From: a virus
Lineage: Duplodnaviria; Caudoviricetes
Strand: one strand, 5' to 3'
IMG/VR virus record: IMGVR_UViG_3300046839_000055
Location: 64,001 to 128,000 of that record
DNA length: 64,000 nt
Below, piece by piece: positions 38,697-49,338 of the stretch. Made by a program: the position numbers and the translations under genes. Position 1 is the stretch's first letter. Each line of letters opens with the position of its first letter. Under the pieces are notes generated by a model. It was given only the letters and a program-made list of their open reading frames with translations. It was not told the DNA's origin and searched no databases.

Positions 38697-40760
38697 TTAT
38701 TCATCAGCTTGTTTACTGTATGACTGCTCGATCAGTTCCATCACATCGTCAATCTCTGACGTATGTTCAAAAAACACCTCAACATCACCATTGCCCCATC
38801 TGCCAAGACCGGTGATGTCTTTGCACAGTCCTTTTGGATCATGAATCTCTGAAAACTTCATATTCAAAGAAATTCGAAGGCGCTGTTTCTGAACAACGAT
38901 ATCAACGAAATTGGTATCCAACTTGTAGGCGATATACAGCTTCTTAAACTCACGCTTCACATCCGGTGACAGATTACAAATTCGTCTGTCGAGCATATCA
39001 AAAAGCGTCCGTGTAAATGCATTGATATCGTAAGAGTCAATCGTGTATTTCTGGGCAGGCTTTTCCTCTACCTGATATGGCGCAAGTTCAGCAGCAGTAA
39101 TCTCAGGATAAGTCCATATCTGTTCTGCCTTTTCGGCCAGCAACTTTGCACGTTCTTTTATGTGCTGTTCATTCCACTCTGTCAGCTTTACCAGATAGGC
39201 ATTAAGACGCAGAGCGCTTTCTTTGAATCCACCCTCCATATCCATTTTTACCATAAATGGATTATCGCTCATTTCCGAGTTATAAGCTGTTAGTGTCAGG
39301 TTTCCTATTGTATGCAGATAGGTCTTCTGAACCTCTTTCCAATTTGCGCCAAGCATAGTCTTCCACTCGTCACGTGGATTGCTGTTCTGTGGCATAATGT
39401 GTTCAATCGTATAATTCTCGATAATGATTGGAGCTTTGTTACCGAAGTTTTCAAGGTGGCTGAGAATGAAGTTTCTGGAACGCATATTGTAAATGTCACG
39501 GGACACAAATGCCTTCTCGAATTTCTCATCATCCGGGAACTCTTTATAGTCATCGCGCAGTACGAAGAAGGCCTTAATAGAATTCATATAATCATCGGTC
39601 TTGATTTCATTACGCAGCGTCGCAAACGTCTTATTAAGCGAATTCGTCGGAATGTCGCAGATGCTTCTACGAAATACATAACTGATGCACATCTTGATAA
39701 TCTCAATAAGATCATCTTCCGTGATAACGCCCTCTGTGCAATCGTTATGCACTTTGAGCAAGAACGGGAATGCTACTTCCATGCGAAGATCGCCAATATC
39801 TGAGTACAAAGATTTTAAGACAGGCTTGTCACTCCTGCGGAATACCATGTTTGTATAGTATGTAGCATAGGTCAGCAGGTCGGCGCAAAGTTCCCGAATC
39901 GTGCTGAATTCACAATTCAAGTGATAGGCTTTGAATCCCTCATAAACCCGGTCGATCTTCGGGATACGCGTAGTCTTCATCGTCAGGTAATCACGGAAAA
40001 ATCTATCCATGACAGAGTCCTGCTTCTCATAATCAAAGAGCAGCTCCATCGGTCTCCACATGTGCTCATATACATATCGTTGTTCTGACGGTTCAAGCCC
40101 CATCAGCACATAGTTTCGGATTAAGTCAGATTCAGACAATTCTTTACCTGTAGAGTTCAAGCTCTCGAAAATTGCCTGCGCATCATCCACATTTCGATCA
40201 AGCGTAATATTGACAATCTGTAGTTTACCTATAGCCTCGTAGACATCTTTCGGCTGCAACTCCATATCAGCTATTTTACCGGCAAAAAAGTTATAGTTCG
40301 ACAAGATGCGCGACAGACCGGGATCACTAATTGGCTTCTTCTCAACGAGACTAATCAGCAGGTCACGGTCAGTTTCTGTAAGAAGCAATTTGTACCTCTC
40401 GTCACCATCCTCATATTCGTTCTTCAGAAGCATATTATCGATGCGACGAGCATTGATAGTGCCATCTTCCGGATGTTCTTCCGCATAGTCGCGGAGGGCA
40501 ATCAGCAGCAAGCTCAGCGTGGTTAACTGCCCATCAATTATCATATATTTCTGAACACCAGTCGGCATTGCCTGTTCCGCAATATTTACGATAGAGCCAA
40601 CAAAGTGACCGACCTTATCCTTTTTCTGCATGTCAACGATATCATTCCAAAGGCGACTGCATTGTTCCGTCTCCCAACTGTAGTATCTCTGATATACAGG
40701 AATGAGAAACTGCTTATTTCCATTTAAGATGGCGTAGATATTACCTTTTGTCGCGTCCAT
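38697..40760 (-). CDS. GmrSD-like DUF262 + DUF1524 (HNH) + DUF5655 protein
   Basis: IPVYQRYYSW, IIDGQLTT, IFESLNSTG, TIEHIMPQ, IGNLTL..YN, YIAYKLDTNFVDI. Confidence 0.88.
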   Translation of the reverse strand: MDATKGNIYAILNGNKQFLIPVYQRYYSWETEQCSRLWNDIVDMQKKDKVGHFVGSIVNIAEQAMPTGVQKYMIIDGQLTTLSLLLIALRDYAEEHPEDGTINARRIDNMLLKNEYEDGDERYKLLLTETDRDLLISLVEKKPISDPGLSRILSNYNFFAGKIADMELQPKDVYEAIGKLQIVNITLDRNVDDAQAIFESLNSTGKELSESDLIRNYVLMGLEPSEQRYVYEHMWRPMELLFDYEKQDSVMDRFFRDYLTMKTTRIPKIDRVYEGFKAYHLNCEFSTIRELCADLLTYATYYTNMVFRRSDKPVLKSLYSDIGDLRMEVAFPFLLKVHNDCTEGVITEDDLIEIIKMCISYVFRRSICDIPTNSLNKTFATLRNEIKTDDYMNSIKAFFVLRDDYKEFPDDEKFEKAFVSRDIYNMRSRNFILSHLENFGNKAPIIIENYTIEHIMPQNSNPRDEWKTMLGANWKEVQKTYLHTIGNLTLTAYNSEMSDNPFMVKMDMEGGFKESALRLNAYLVKLTEWNEQHIKERAKLLAEKAEQIWTYPEITAAELAPYQVEEKPAQKYTIDSYDINAFTRTLFDMLDRRICNLSPDVKREFKKLYIAYKLDTNFVDIVVQKQRLRISLNMKFSEIHDPKGLCKDITGLGRWGNGDVEVFFEHTSEIDDVMELIEQSYSKQADE

Positions 40761-40764
40761 TAGG

Positions 40765-43700
40765 TTAGTCCTCCTTCTTTGTTCCGTATGGCGCAGGTTC
40801 TTCCGCTACCATCTGTAAATCCTGTGCTTTTTTACTGAAAGCCTCAGCATAGTTAACTACCCGATGCTCCATATCGTTATTGTCTGTCCATAGCTCACAC
40901 TGAAGCATTACTGTAGCAACCGCATCATCCATGCCCTCCGGCGGATATTTATGTTTCTTAAGAAGTCTCTTAATCATCATGCGCATCTTGGCACGCGCTG
41001 AATCACGCTTTTGCCAATCGATGGATCGATTCTTTCGTAGTGCCTCTGTAAGCTCTTTTGTTATAGCAATCAGCTCATCATTTTCATAGAAGTCCTTAAT
41101 CGCCTGCGGCTTGGTAAGAGCATCATAGAATGCCAGCTCATCTTCAGAGAGACCAAGCTCATCTCCTGCATCGTGAGCCTCTCGGATATGCTGTGCCATT
41201 TTCAGGAGTTCTTCGATGACTTCCTCATTGGTAAGCATTCCGTTCAGATACCGGTTCATGACGCCCTGTATTATTTCACTGAACTTTTCGGATTTGACCA
41301 CATTTGTTCGTCTGTAGATCTGTATCTGCTCGGCGATCAGCTTTTTCAATAGTTCAACAGCAAGGTTTTTCTCCTTCATCTTTGAGATTTCCTCAAGGAA
41401 TTTAGGATCAAACAGGGAGAACTCCTCTTTAACATCAGAGAACAAATTTATAACACCATCGCTCTTGATGCTTGATTTCAGAAGCTCATTGATACGAGCG
41501 TTCATTTCCGGCAGAGATATCTTCTTACCCTCGCCCTGATTCATCAAGCGCATAACAAGCACGCGGACAGATTCAAAGAATGCCGCCTCGACACGTAGGT
41601 CACGCTCTACAAGAGATGAGCATAGAGATAAAGCCTGACGCAACAACAGTGCCTCTTTGATGAAGTCTTCGCGTTCTCTTTCCTTGTCAGTGCCTACAAT
41701 GAAGTTAACCGCACCGGTGATAGCCTTTGAGCGTTCAAGATCGGTGCCGTTCGTAAACTTGGAATAGTCATATCCGTGGAATAGATCACGGCAAACGGAA
41801 AGCTTCTCAAGAAACTTCGGATACGCAACTTTGGCGATATCGGTATCACCATAGTTCTTTTTATCACGAGCTGTGTAGTCATTCATGGCCTGCTTCAATG
41901 CTGACGCAATGCCAACATAGTCGACGATTAAACCGCCCTCTTTATCTTGAAAGACACGATTGACGCGGGCAATGGCCTGCATCAGGTTATAGCCCTGCAT
42001 TGGCTTATAGACATACATCGTTGCAAGAGAAGGAACATCAAATCCGGTCAGCCACATATCAACGACTATGGCGATCTTCATTTCGCTATTATTGTCTTTG
42101 AATTCCTTGGCGAGCTCATCCCTGCGGCGCTTATTTCCAATAACAGCACGCCACTCTTCTGGATCTTTATTGCTCTCGGTCATTACAACCTTAACCTTTT
42201 CTTTCCAGCTTGGGCGCAGTTCAAGAATACGGTTATAAATCTTCATAGCGATTGCACGGGAATACGCGACAACCATAGCTTTTCCTGTCAGGAGCTCGGC
42301 TCGGTAATTTTCATAGTGATCAAGAATATCATTAACCAGTGAATCTATGGTAGCGTCATTTCCGAGAACAGCCTCCATTTGACCAAGCTCTTTCTTGCTC
42401 TTTTCAACCACTTCAGGATCAGCATTATTTGCCATGATGTCATATTCCTGATCGATCAGATGAAGCGTAGCCTCATCGAATTTCAGCTTGATTACGCGGC
42501 TCTCATAATAGACCGGTCTCGTAGCGCCGTCCTCTACGGCCTGCGTCATGTCATAAATATCGATATAGTCGCCGAAAACCTCACGGGTATTTCTATCCTT
42601 TGCAGCTATAGGTGTTCCGGTAAACCCAATATATGTAGCATTTGGAAGGCTGTCACGAATGATACGTGCCGTTCCGACCTTTATCTCGCCGGTCTTGGCG
42701 TCAACTTTTTCCTTCAATCCATACTGGCTACGATGCGCCTCATCAGCCATAACGATGATGTTGCGGCGCTCTGAAAGCGGCTCTGATGATTCTTCAAACT
42801 TCTGCATCGTCGTAAAAATGATGCCGTTTGCCTGCCTACCGTCCAGCCAGTCCTTCAATCCTATATCATTCTTACCGGAAGTCTCTGTCAATTTCCTGCA
42901 GGTAGCATGCACCGGTTCCTGACGCAGAAAATCTTTGCACTTAGCAAACTGTCCGTAAAGCTGATCATCAAGATCGTTACGGTCGGTAATTACTACGATA
43001 GTTGGGCTATCCAGCGCTTCCTGTAGAAGGTGTGCATAAAAGACCATAGACAGAGATTTTCCGCTGCCCTGTGTATGCCAGAATACGCCACCTTTACCAT
43101 CAGTTACTGTCGCGTTCTTTGTAGATTCGATAGCCTTTCGAACTGCAAAATACTGGTGATAGCCAGCCAGAATCTTAAACTTCTTCAATCCCTCATTGGA
43201 GAAGCAGATGAAGTTTTTGATGATGTCCAGCAGGCGCTCTTTTTCAAACATTCCCTCAAAGAACGTATCAAACTGAGCGTATTGCGTATTTTCATAGCTG
43301 CCGTCTTTTGTTTTCCATTCCATGAAGCGATCCTCACCGGAAGTGATGGTTCCGGCCTTGCTGGTCAGATGATCGCTGATGACGCAGATGCAGTTATAAA
43401 TAAACATTGACGGGATTTCCTGCATATAGTTTCTGATCTGCAGATAGCCCTCGGAAGCATCTGTTTCCTCACGAGATGGCGACTTCAGCTCAATAAGCAC
43501 GACCGGCAGACCATTCAGGAACAGAAGTACATCTGGACGCTTGTTGCTATTTTCAATGAAAGTCCACTGGTTTGCTACGACAAAGGAGTTATTCTCAGGA
43601 TTTTTATAGTCGACAATATAGACGAGGCCGGAGCGCTCCTCGCCCTTAACGAAATACCGGACTTCGATCCCATGCTGAAGATAATCCATAAAAAGTTCAT

Positions 43701-43935
43701 TTTTCTGGACAAGTTCAGCATTTTCAAAATTCTTCAACTTGAACAGCGCGTCCGTAATAGCATCCTCCGGCAATTTCGGATTCAGCCTGTGCAACGCTGA
43801 TACCAACTCTTCTTCATATAGAGGGCTACGGAAGTCACGCTCCAAATCCGGCGCGTAGACATACCTGTATCCCATGTTCTGGAATAATTCGATTATCGAA
43901 TTCTCATAGTCCGCTTCGGTATAAAATCCTGACAT
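40765..43935 (-). CDS. hsdR: Type I restriction subunit R
   Basis: RPD...IELKS, WHTQGSGKS, DEAHRSQY, GFTGTP, MWLTGFD, QAIARVNR. Confidence 0.96.
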   Translation of the reverse strand: MSGFYTEADYENSIIELFQNMGYRYVYAPDLERDFRSPLYEEELVSALHRLNPKLPEDAITDALFKLKNFENAELVQKNELFMDYLQHGIEVRYFVKGEERSGLVYIVDYKNPENNSFVVANQWTFIENSNKRPDVLLFLNGLPVVLIELKSPSREETDASEGYLQIRNYMQEIPSMFIYNCICVISDHLTSKAGTITSGEDRFMEWKTKDGSYENTQYAQFDTFFEGMFEKERLLDIIKNFICFSNEGLKKFKILAGYHQYFAVRKAIESTKNATVTDGKGGVFWHTQGSGKSLSMVFYAHLLQEALDSPTIVVITDRNDLDDQLYGQFAKCKDFLRQEPVHATCRKLTETSGKNDIGLKDWLDGRQANGIIFTTMQKFEESSEPLSERRNIIVMADEAHRSQYGLKEKVDAKTGEIKVGTARIIRDSLPNATYIGFTGTPIAAKDRNTREVFGDYIDIYDMTQAVEDGATRPVYYESRVIKLKFDEATLHLIDQEYDIMANNADPEVVEKSKKELGQMEAVLGNDATIDSLVNDILDHYENYRAELLTGKAMVVAYSRAIAMKIYNRILELRPSWKEKVKVVMTESNKDPEEWRAVIGNKRRRDELAKEFKDNNSEMKIAIVVDMWLTGFDVPSLATMYVYKPMQGYNLMQAIARVNRVFQDKEGGLIVDYVGIASALKQAMNDYTARDKKNYGDTDIAKVAYPKFLEKLSVCRDLFHGYDYSKFTNGTDLERSKAITGAVNFIVGTDKEREREDFIKEALLLRQALSLCSSLVERDLRVEAAFFESVRVLVMRLMNQGEGKKISLPEMNARINELLKSSIKSDGVINLFSDVKEEFSLFDPKFLEEISKMKEKNLAVELLKKLIAEQIQIYRRTNVVKSEKFSEIIQGVMNRYLNGMLTNEEVIEELLKMAQHIREAHDAGDELGLSEDELAFYDALTKPQAIKDFYENDELIAITKELTEALRKNRSIDWQKRDSARAKMRMMIKRLLKKHKYPPEGMDDAVATVMLQCELWTDNNDMEHRVVNYAEAFSKKAQDLQMVAEEPAPYGTKKED

Positions 43936-44028
43936 GAGTCTCACTCCTTCGTTTATTTCTTACATTATCCTCTTCTTAGAGGTGGTTTTCATTCATCTTT
44001 GCTCCGTTTCAAACAAGAATTTAGCAGC

Positions 44029-45270
44029 TTAAAGGTCAAGGTCGGAAGCATCAATTTCACCGGACATGAGCTTTGGTAGTAGAGCATCACGCATATTCGC
44101 AAGCTTTTCATTCTGGAGTCCATTTGCAAATATGACGTCAAAAACCGAATGACAAAATGCATCAAATTTTTCTACAAGCTCTACCGGCGGCAATATGATA
44201 GGTTCGGTCTCTATGAAACCGGAGATATCAAGGTTTTTAATACCTGTTGTCCCGTTTTCATACAGGAAGAAGACGTTTTTGTCATATAGATACTGCCAAT
44301 AGTAGTACACGAACATGCTATAACCCGATTTAGGTTTCATCGCTTTACAGAAATTTGTGCAAACCATACCTTTGTCGTAACGATCAAGGAGCGACTGGGA
44401 AATTGATGCAATCCTTCCTGTTGATTGTGTGGGACTTCCTCCGGAAATCTCTACAACAACATCGCCAGCGACGAGATGCTTTGCAACATAGTTCTTTGGC
44501 AAGATAAAGCGAGTAGGCATTTTACCTTTATTGCCGCTTTTGACATCAGGGATGTCAGCGCCTCGAATGCAATAGACCATCTCAGTATTGTTACCGAGTG
44601 GGGAATCCTTTCCCCAGTCACCGGCAATCATGGTATCAATAATGTCGCTAAAAGTGCCTGTTTCCCAAGAAGAGGATTCAGGTGCATCAATGAACCATGA
44701 TTTGAAGATAGATTGAGCTTGCGCTTCTAAATTCTTGTTTACCTCCGTATTCTGTGTTATTTTCCTATCCAAGCTACCAAGAACATCTGCAATCTTTTTC
44801 TGCGTGGCAAGATCAGGAATTTCTATTTCCAAATTCTCAATATCTGACGGCTTGATTGATGGATATGCAGATGTACTTTGCTCTGCAATTGCATGGAGCG
44901 CTTCCACAAGAGTAGCTTGCGTAAGCAGATAATAAAGAAAATCCGCATCTAACACTTGGGCATCTGTATCAATAACCGCAAATCCTGTCGACACAAGAAA
45001 GTTCTCCGGCTGTGATTTAACGATTCCAAAGTGGCGCTGATTCGGGCGCACCGTAGAATATATGATGCTGTCCTTTTTAACTTTCCTTCTTGCCCTGCTT
45101 GGGAGTTTTTCGTTCTTTACATCTATATACTGAATGGAATCAATCTTATTATCGGTAATGTTACCAGTATCCAGATAATTGACAAAATTCCACTCTTCTT
45201 TAGGAGAATACGAATCCATATTTGTTTTGCAAACATCACCTAATCTGATTTTTCTCCATGCTTCCATCAT
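44029..45270 (-). CDS. hsdS: Type I specificity subunit (two TRDs)
   Basis: TRD1...PDLATQKKIADVLGSLDRKI..NKNLEAQAQ...TRD2...RDALLPKLMSGEI. Confidence 0.93.
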   Translation of the reverse strand: MMEAWRKIRLGDVCKTNMDSYSPKEEWNFVNYLDTGNITDNKIDSIQYIDVKNEKLPSRARRKVKKDSIIYSTVRPNQRHFGIVKSQPENFLVSTGFAVIDTDAQVLDADFLYYLLTQATLVEALHAIAEQSTSAYPSIKPSDIENLEIEIPDLATQKKIADVLGSLDRKITQNTEVNKNLEAQAQSIFKSWFIDAPESSSWETGTFSDIIDTMIAGDWGKDSPLGNNTEMVYCIRGADIPDVKSGNKGKMPTRFILPKNYVAKHLVAGDVVVEISGGSPTQSTGRIASISQSLLDRYDKGMVCTNFCKAMKPKSGYSMFVYYYWQYLYDKNVFFLYENGTTGIKNLDISGFIETEPIILPPVELVEKFDAFCHSVFDVIFANGLQNEKLANMRDALLPKLMSGEIDASDLDL

Positions 45271-45279
45271 GTCACCGTC

Positions 45280-46269
45280 CTAACCTATATATTTTCTGTG
45301 TGCCAATTTTACATTGCTTTGTTTTACCATCGCATATTGCAGCGTCGTATCAATCCGCTTATGACCAAGCAGCTGCTGCAGCTGTTCAATCGGCATCCCT
45401 TTGTCAATTGCCATCGTAGCAAGTGTACGGCGGAACTTGTGCGGATGTACTTTCTCTATATCCAACCTTTTCCCAAGCTCTCGAAGCCTACGCTCAATGC
45501 CGCCGATCTTCAGCCTCTCATGCGGAGCCCGGAGCGATACAAACAGTGCCGGATTATCATCAGTGCGTTCTTGCAGGTAGTTCTGTAAATGAATCTTAGC
45601 CCGTGCGTCAAAGTACACCATCCGTTCTTTGCTACCTTTACCGAACACAACACATTCCCGTTCCTCGAAGTTGATGTCATCCCTGTTAAGCAAAACCAGC
45701 TCTCCGACACGCATCCCCGTTGAGGCAAGCATATCTATCAGTGCCAGATCTCTTGGCTCCTCGCAATTGTCGCGCATTTTCTCCAAGGCCTCATCGGTAT
45801 ATGTCTCCTTGATAGTCAAGGCTGCCTTCACCTTATGGATACGGCGTGCCGGGCTCTTTAGGATATAATCCTCATCCTCCAGCCAAGAGAAGAAGCTCGA
45901 CAGAATTCTTCTGATATTGTCCACCGTGACCTTGCTGGAGTTTTTCTCCCGCTGATATTCTGTCAGGTACGTACGCAGGTCATCCGTTTCCATCTCTCGG
46001 ACATTCTTTTTAACCTTTGCTGTCATCGTTTCTATCGTAGTCCGATAATAAGTCAACGACTTTTCAGAACATCCCTCGATCCGCTTTGCCGCGAGAAAAT
46101 TATCCAAAAGCTGTTCATTTGTTAACGTCGCATTTACTTCTTCCTCCGTCTCGCTTACTTGCTTATGGAACAATGCGTGTTCCAGCACTTCTTGCAGTCT
46201 TTCCAACTGCACATTGTTGAGGCAGCCGAGCATGCCCTGCATAACCTCGTTGATTACTTTCTGTTTCAT
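45280..46269 (-). CDS. Tyrosine recombinase (hsdS invertase)
   Basis: TGMRVGEL, GKGSKER, HPHKFRRTLAT, LLGH...QY; embedded among hsdS segments. Confidence 0.92.
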   Translation of the reverse strand: MKQKVINEVMQGMLGCLNNVQLERLQEVLEHALFHKQVSETEEEVNATLTNEQLLDNFLAAKRIEGCSEKSLTYYRTTIETMTAKVKKNVREMETDDLRTYLTEYQREKNSSKVTVDNIRRILSSFFSWLEDEDYILKSPARRIHKVKAALTIKETYTDEALEKMRDNCEEPRDLALIDMLASTGMRVGELVLLNRDDINFEERECVVFGKGSKERMVYFDARAKIHLQNYLQERTDDNPALFVSLRAPHERLKIGGIERRLRELGKRLDIEKVHPHKFRRTLATMAIDKGMPIEQLQQLLGHKRIDTTLQYAMVKQSNVKLAHRKYIG

Positions 46270-46357
46270 AGTCTGTTCTCCTTTTCTATCGTAGAGAAAG
46301 ACTACGGAGTGGCAATCCCTCTTTTTAACTCTTGCCACTCGCAAGAGTTATGGTTGT

Positions 46358-47005
46358 ATGTTAAACAAGAATTTACTTGAGCAAGTACGGGCACTGTACA
46401 AAGATCGCTTTATAGACCTAATGCCATTTGGTGGTTCTATGCCTTCAGATTGGCATCTCGGCACTGTGTCCGAAATCATCGAGCTTCACGATTCGAAGCG
46501 AATCCCACTTTCAAGTCGTGAACGCGCAGAGTTGGATAAAATTTATCCATACTACGGCGCAACCTCTGTAATGGACTATGTGGACAGGTACCTTTTCGAT
46601 GGAATCTATCTGCTCCTCGGAGAGGATGGTACTGTTATTGACGGGCAAGGTTTCCCAATCCTTCAGTATGTTGAGGGTAAATTCTGGGTTAATAACCATG
46701 CCCACATAATCACTGGTAAGAACGGATTCACAGTCGAACTGCTATACCTTTTATTCAGTTTAACAAATGTGCAGTCCATTGTTACCGGAGCCGTTCAACC
46801 GAAGATCAGTCAAGCCAATCTGAATAAGGTTCCTATCGTTATTCCGTCAGAAGCAGAACTAAAAGCATTTGATGAGAGTATCCAGCCGTTCTTTGCAGAA
46901 ATCCGTAATTTACGGGCTGAAAACGATAGGCTTGCTACTGTACGAGATAGCATGTTACCACGCTTAATGTCCGGAGAGCTTGACGTATCCGATCTGGATT
47001 TTTAA
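46358..47005 (+). CDS. hsdS: Inverted silent hsdS C-terminal TRD segment
   Basis: Starts at NKNL site; WVNNHAH, GAVQPKI, RDSMLPRLMSGEL; opposite strand to the operon. Confidence 0.88.
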   Translation: MLNKNLLEQVRALYKDRFIDLMPFGGSMPSDWHLGTVSEIIELHDSKRIPLSSRERAELDKIYPYYGATSVMDYVDRYLFDGIYLLLGEDGTVIDGQGFPILQYVEGKFWVNNHAHIITGKNGFTVELLYLLFSLTNVQSIVTGAVQPKISQANLNKVPIVIPSEAELKAFDESIQPFFAEIRNLRAENDRLATVRDSMLPRLMSGELDVSDLDF

Positions 47006-47538
47006 GCTGCTAAATTCTTGTTTATCTCAGTGTTCAGTTGAATCTTGTCATCTAATGCCTTCAGCAATCCTCCTATTTTCTTTTGCTCATCGAAATCGGG
47101 AACAGCTATTCGCAAGTTAGCCACCACGTCAGTTTGAACTCTTTGCCTACCGGAAGACCCAACCATAGATTTAATCGCCGGATCACGTACAAGCGGACTG
47201 CAAATCAGATAGTACAAATAGTCCGGATCGGTTCCTTCTTTTGCTCTGAAAACAATGTATTCAGTGGAGCCAAAGCCGACTTCTCCATTATCAAGGCATC
47301 TGACCTGAGCGGTTTTCCCGTTCTCAAGGCAAGGAGTAATTCTTGCCATGATCGTATCCATGTTCCTGAACTTTGTCCCGCCTTTGAATTCCTCCATCTG
47401 ATAGCCGGGAACATCTCTCGTAAAAGGTTGAAGCACGTCCATAGGGATTTTCTTCGCTACTGATCCTTTGCTTATTGACTCACGAGGATTTATCTGGGCG
47501 ATGTCAGAAATGCTTCTTGTTATCCATTCAGATTTCAT
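47002..47538 (-). CDS. hsdS: Half-size hsdS (N-terminal TRD only in this state)
   Basis: ARITPCLENGK, GSSGRQRV, QKKIGGLLKALDDKI..NKNLAA*; overlaps the hsdM stop. Confidence 0.88.
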   Translation of the reverse strand: MKSEWITRSISDIAQINPRESISKGSVAKKIPMDVLQPFTRDVPGYQMEEFKGGTKFRNMDTIMARITPCLENGKTAQVRCLDNGEVGFGSTEYIVFRAKEGTDPDYLYYLICSPLVRDPAIKSMVGSSGRQRVQTDVVANLRIAVPDFDEQKKIGGLLKALDDKIQLNTEINKNLAA

Positions 47539-49036
47539 ACCCAATCGCCCCCAGCTTCTTTCTGATCTCGTCCTCAAGTTCATGAGACTTCTTGAACATC
47601 TCGGAAAGCTCAGAAGTCAGGCGGTCCATTTTCTCCTCGAACGGTTCGCCGTCGTCTTCCTGCTCCTCGATGCCGACATACCGGCCCGGTGTCAGAATGT
47701 AGTCCTGCTTTGCGATGTCCTGCGTGGTGGCAACGGCGCAGAATCCCTTCACGTCCTCGAGTGTTCCATACTGGAAAGCCGAGAAGGTGTCAGCGAGCTT
47801 CTGGATGTCCTCGTCTGTGAAGTCGCGGTGCTTCCGGTCGACCATATGCCCCATCTTCCGGGCGTCGATGAAGACCGTCTTGCCTTTCTGTTTCTTGTTT
47901 TTCGTGATGAACCAGAGCGTGACCGGGATCGTGACGCTGTAGAAGAGCTGCGTCGGCATGGCGACGATGCCTTCGATCAGGTCGTCATTGATGATGTTTT
48001 TGCGGATCTCACCCTCGCCACTCGACTGCGTAGAGAGAGCGCCATTCGCCAGCACCAGACCGATCTTGCCGTTTGGAGCAAGGTGGAAGATCATGTGCTG
48101 AATCCACGCATAGTTGGCGTTCCCGGCAGGCGGCAGGCCATACTTCCAGCGCTTGTCTTCCTTCAGGTCTTCCTGCCCCCACGGATGATAGTTGAAGGGA
48201 GGATTTGCGAGGATGTAATCTGCCTTCAAAGTCGGATGCAGGTCGTTGGTGAAGGTGTCCGCATTGTATGGCCCGAGGTCAGCGTCGATTCCACGGATGG
48301 CCATGTTCATCTTCGCCATCTTCCAGGTATCCGGATTTGCCTCTTGACCATACACAGAAATCACGCCGCGATTATGGCTGTGACCCTCCGCGAATCGTTC
48401 ACTCTGTACAAACATTCCACCGCTGCCACAGCAACAATCGTATACGCGGGAATTCGGCTCCGGCTTGAGTATTGCGACCAGCGTTTTGACGATGCTGGAC
48501 GGCGTATAGAATTCGCCGCCGCCGACGCCTTCCTTCTCCGCAAACTGCGCAATGCAATACTCATACGTGCGCCCGAGCAGATCTTCACTCGCCTGCGTAT
48601 CAGACATGTCGATGTTGTTCGTGAAGATGTCCACGACATCGCCAAGGACCTTCTTATCCAGATCCGGCGAAGCGTAGTTCTTCGGCAGCACGCCTTTCAG
48701 ACTCTTGTTGTCATCCTCGATAGCGCGCATCGCCTTGTCGATGACTGTTCCGATCTCCGGTGTATGAGCAGCTGCAGCGATGGTTTCCCAGCGCGCTTCC
48801 TTTGGCACGAAGAAGATGTTGTCCATCAGGTAGGCGTCCGGATCATCCTCGAACCCATCGCCGTCCTCGACCAGCTTCTTGTACTGCGCCTCGAACGCAG
48901 CCGAAATGTAGCGAAGGAAGATAAGGCCGATGATGACCTTCCTGTACTCCGCCGCCGGAATGTGTCCCCACAGGACGCACGCCGCATCCCATATCTGTTT
49001 CTCAAAGCCAATATTGGCATTCGTCTTTTCAGCCAT
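47528..49036 (-). CDS. hsdM: Type I N6-adenine methyltransferase
   Basis: GEFYTP, DCCCGSGGMF, ANPPF. Confidence 0.96.
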   Translation of the reverse strand: MAEKTNANIGFEKQIWDAACVLWGHIPAAEYRKVIIGLIFLRYISAAFEAQYKKLVEDGDGFEDDPDAYLMDNIFFVPKEARWETIAAAAHTPEIGTVIDKAMRAIEDDNKSLKGVLPKNYASPDLDKKVLGDVVDIFTNNIDMSDTQASEDLLGRTYEYCIAQFAEKEGVGGGEFYTPSSIVKTLVAILKPEPNSRVYDCCCGSGGMFVQSERFAEGHSHNRGVISVYGQEANPDTWKMAKMNMAIRGIDADLGPYNADTFTNDLHPTLKADYILANPPFNYHPWGQEDLKEDKRWKYGLPPAGNANYAWIQHMIFHLAPNGKIGLVLANGALSTQSSGEGEIRKNIINDDLIEGIVAMPTQLFYSVTIPVTLWFITKNKKQKGKTVFIDARKMGHMVDRKHRDFTDEDIQKLADTFSAFQYGTLEDVKGFCAVATTQDIAKQDYILTPGRYVGIEEQEDDGEPFEEKMDRLTSELSEMFKKSHELEDEIRKKLGAIGYEI

Positions 49037-49042
49037 TTGTGA

Positions 49043-49291
49043 TTACTCCTCGTTTTCCGTTTTCTTTATTGATTCAACCGCCGGTTCTTCATCCTTTACG
49101 ATCTCCATAATGTCGGAGACTTCGCAGTTGAGGGCTACGCATATTCGGAGAAGGACATCAGTGTTCACGTTGCCGCCTTTAGCGAGTTTTGCGATTGAGG
49201 TGGCGCTGACTCCGCTCATTTCCCGTAGCTGTTTCTTTTTAATGTTTCTGTCGATCAATAGCTTGAACAATCTGTTATAGCTAAAGCGCAT
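49043..49291 (-). CDS. Cro/CI-like HTH_26 regulator
   Basis: FSYNRLFKLLIDR...LLRICVALNCEVSDIME. Confidence 0.85.
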   Translation of the reverse strand: MRFSYNRLFKLLIDRNIKKKQLREMSGVSATSIAKLAKGGNVNTDVLLRICVALNCEVSDIMEIVKDEEPAVESIKKTENEE

Positions 49292-49338
49292 ATCGTTGCC
49301 TCCGTACTTTCACCCTTCTATATAGCTATGAATGCTTA

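Larger units (their letters stand above)
44011..47023. repeat. Four AAACAAGAATTTA inversion sites of the hsdS shufflon
   Basis: + 44011-44023, - 44728-44740, + 46363-46375, - 47011-47023. Confidence 0.9.

Noticed and set aside
45280-46269. Recombinase as an integron integrase
   Set aside because: No attC array; flanking inverted sites in hsdS explain it as an invertase
47468-49042. 524-aa plus-strand ORF
   Set aside because: Antisense shadow of GC-rich hsdM; no recognisable motifs
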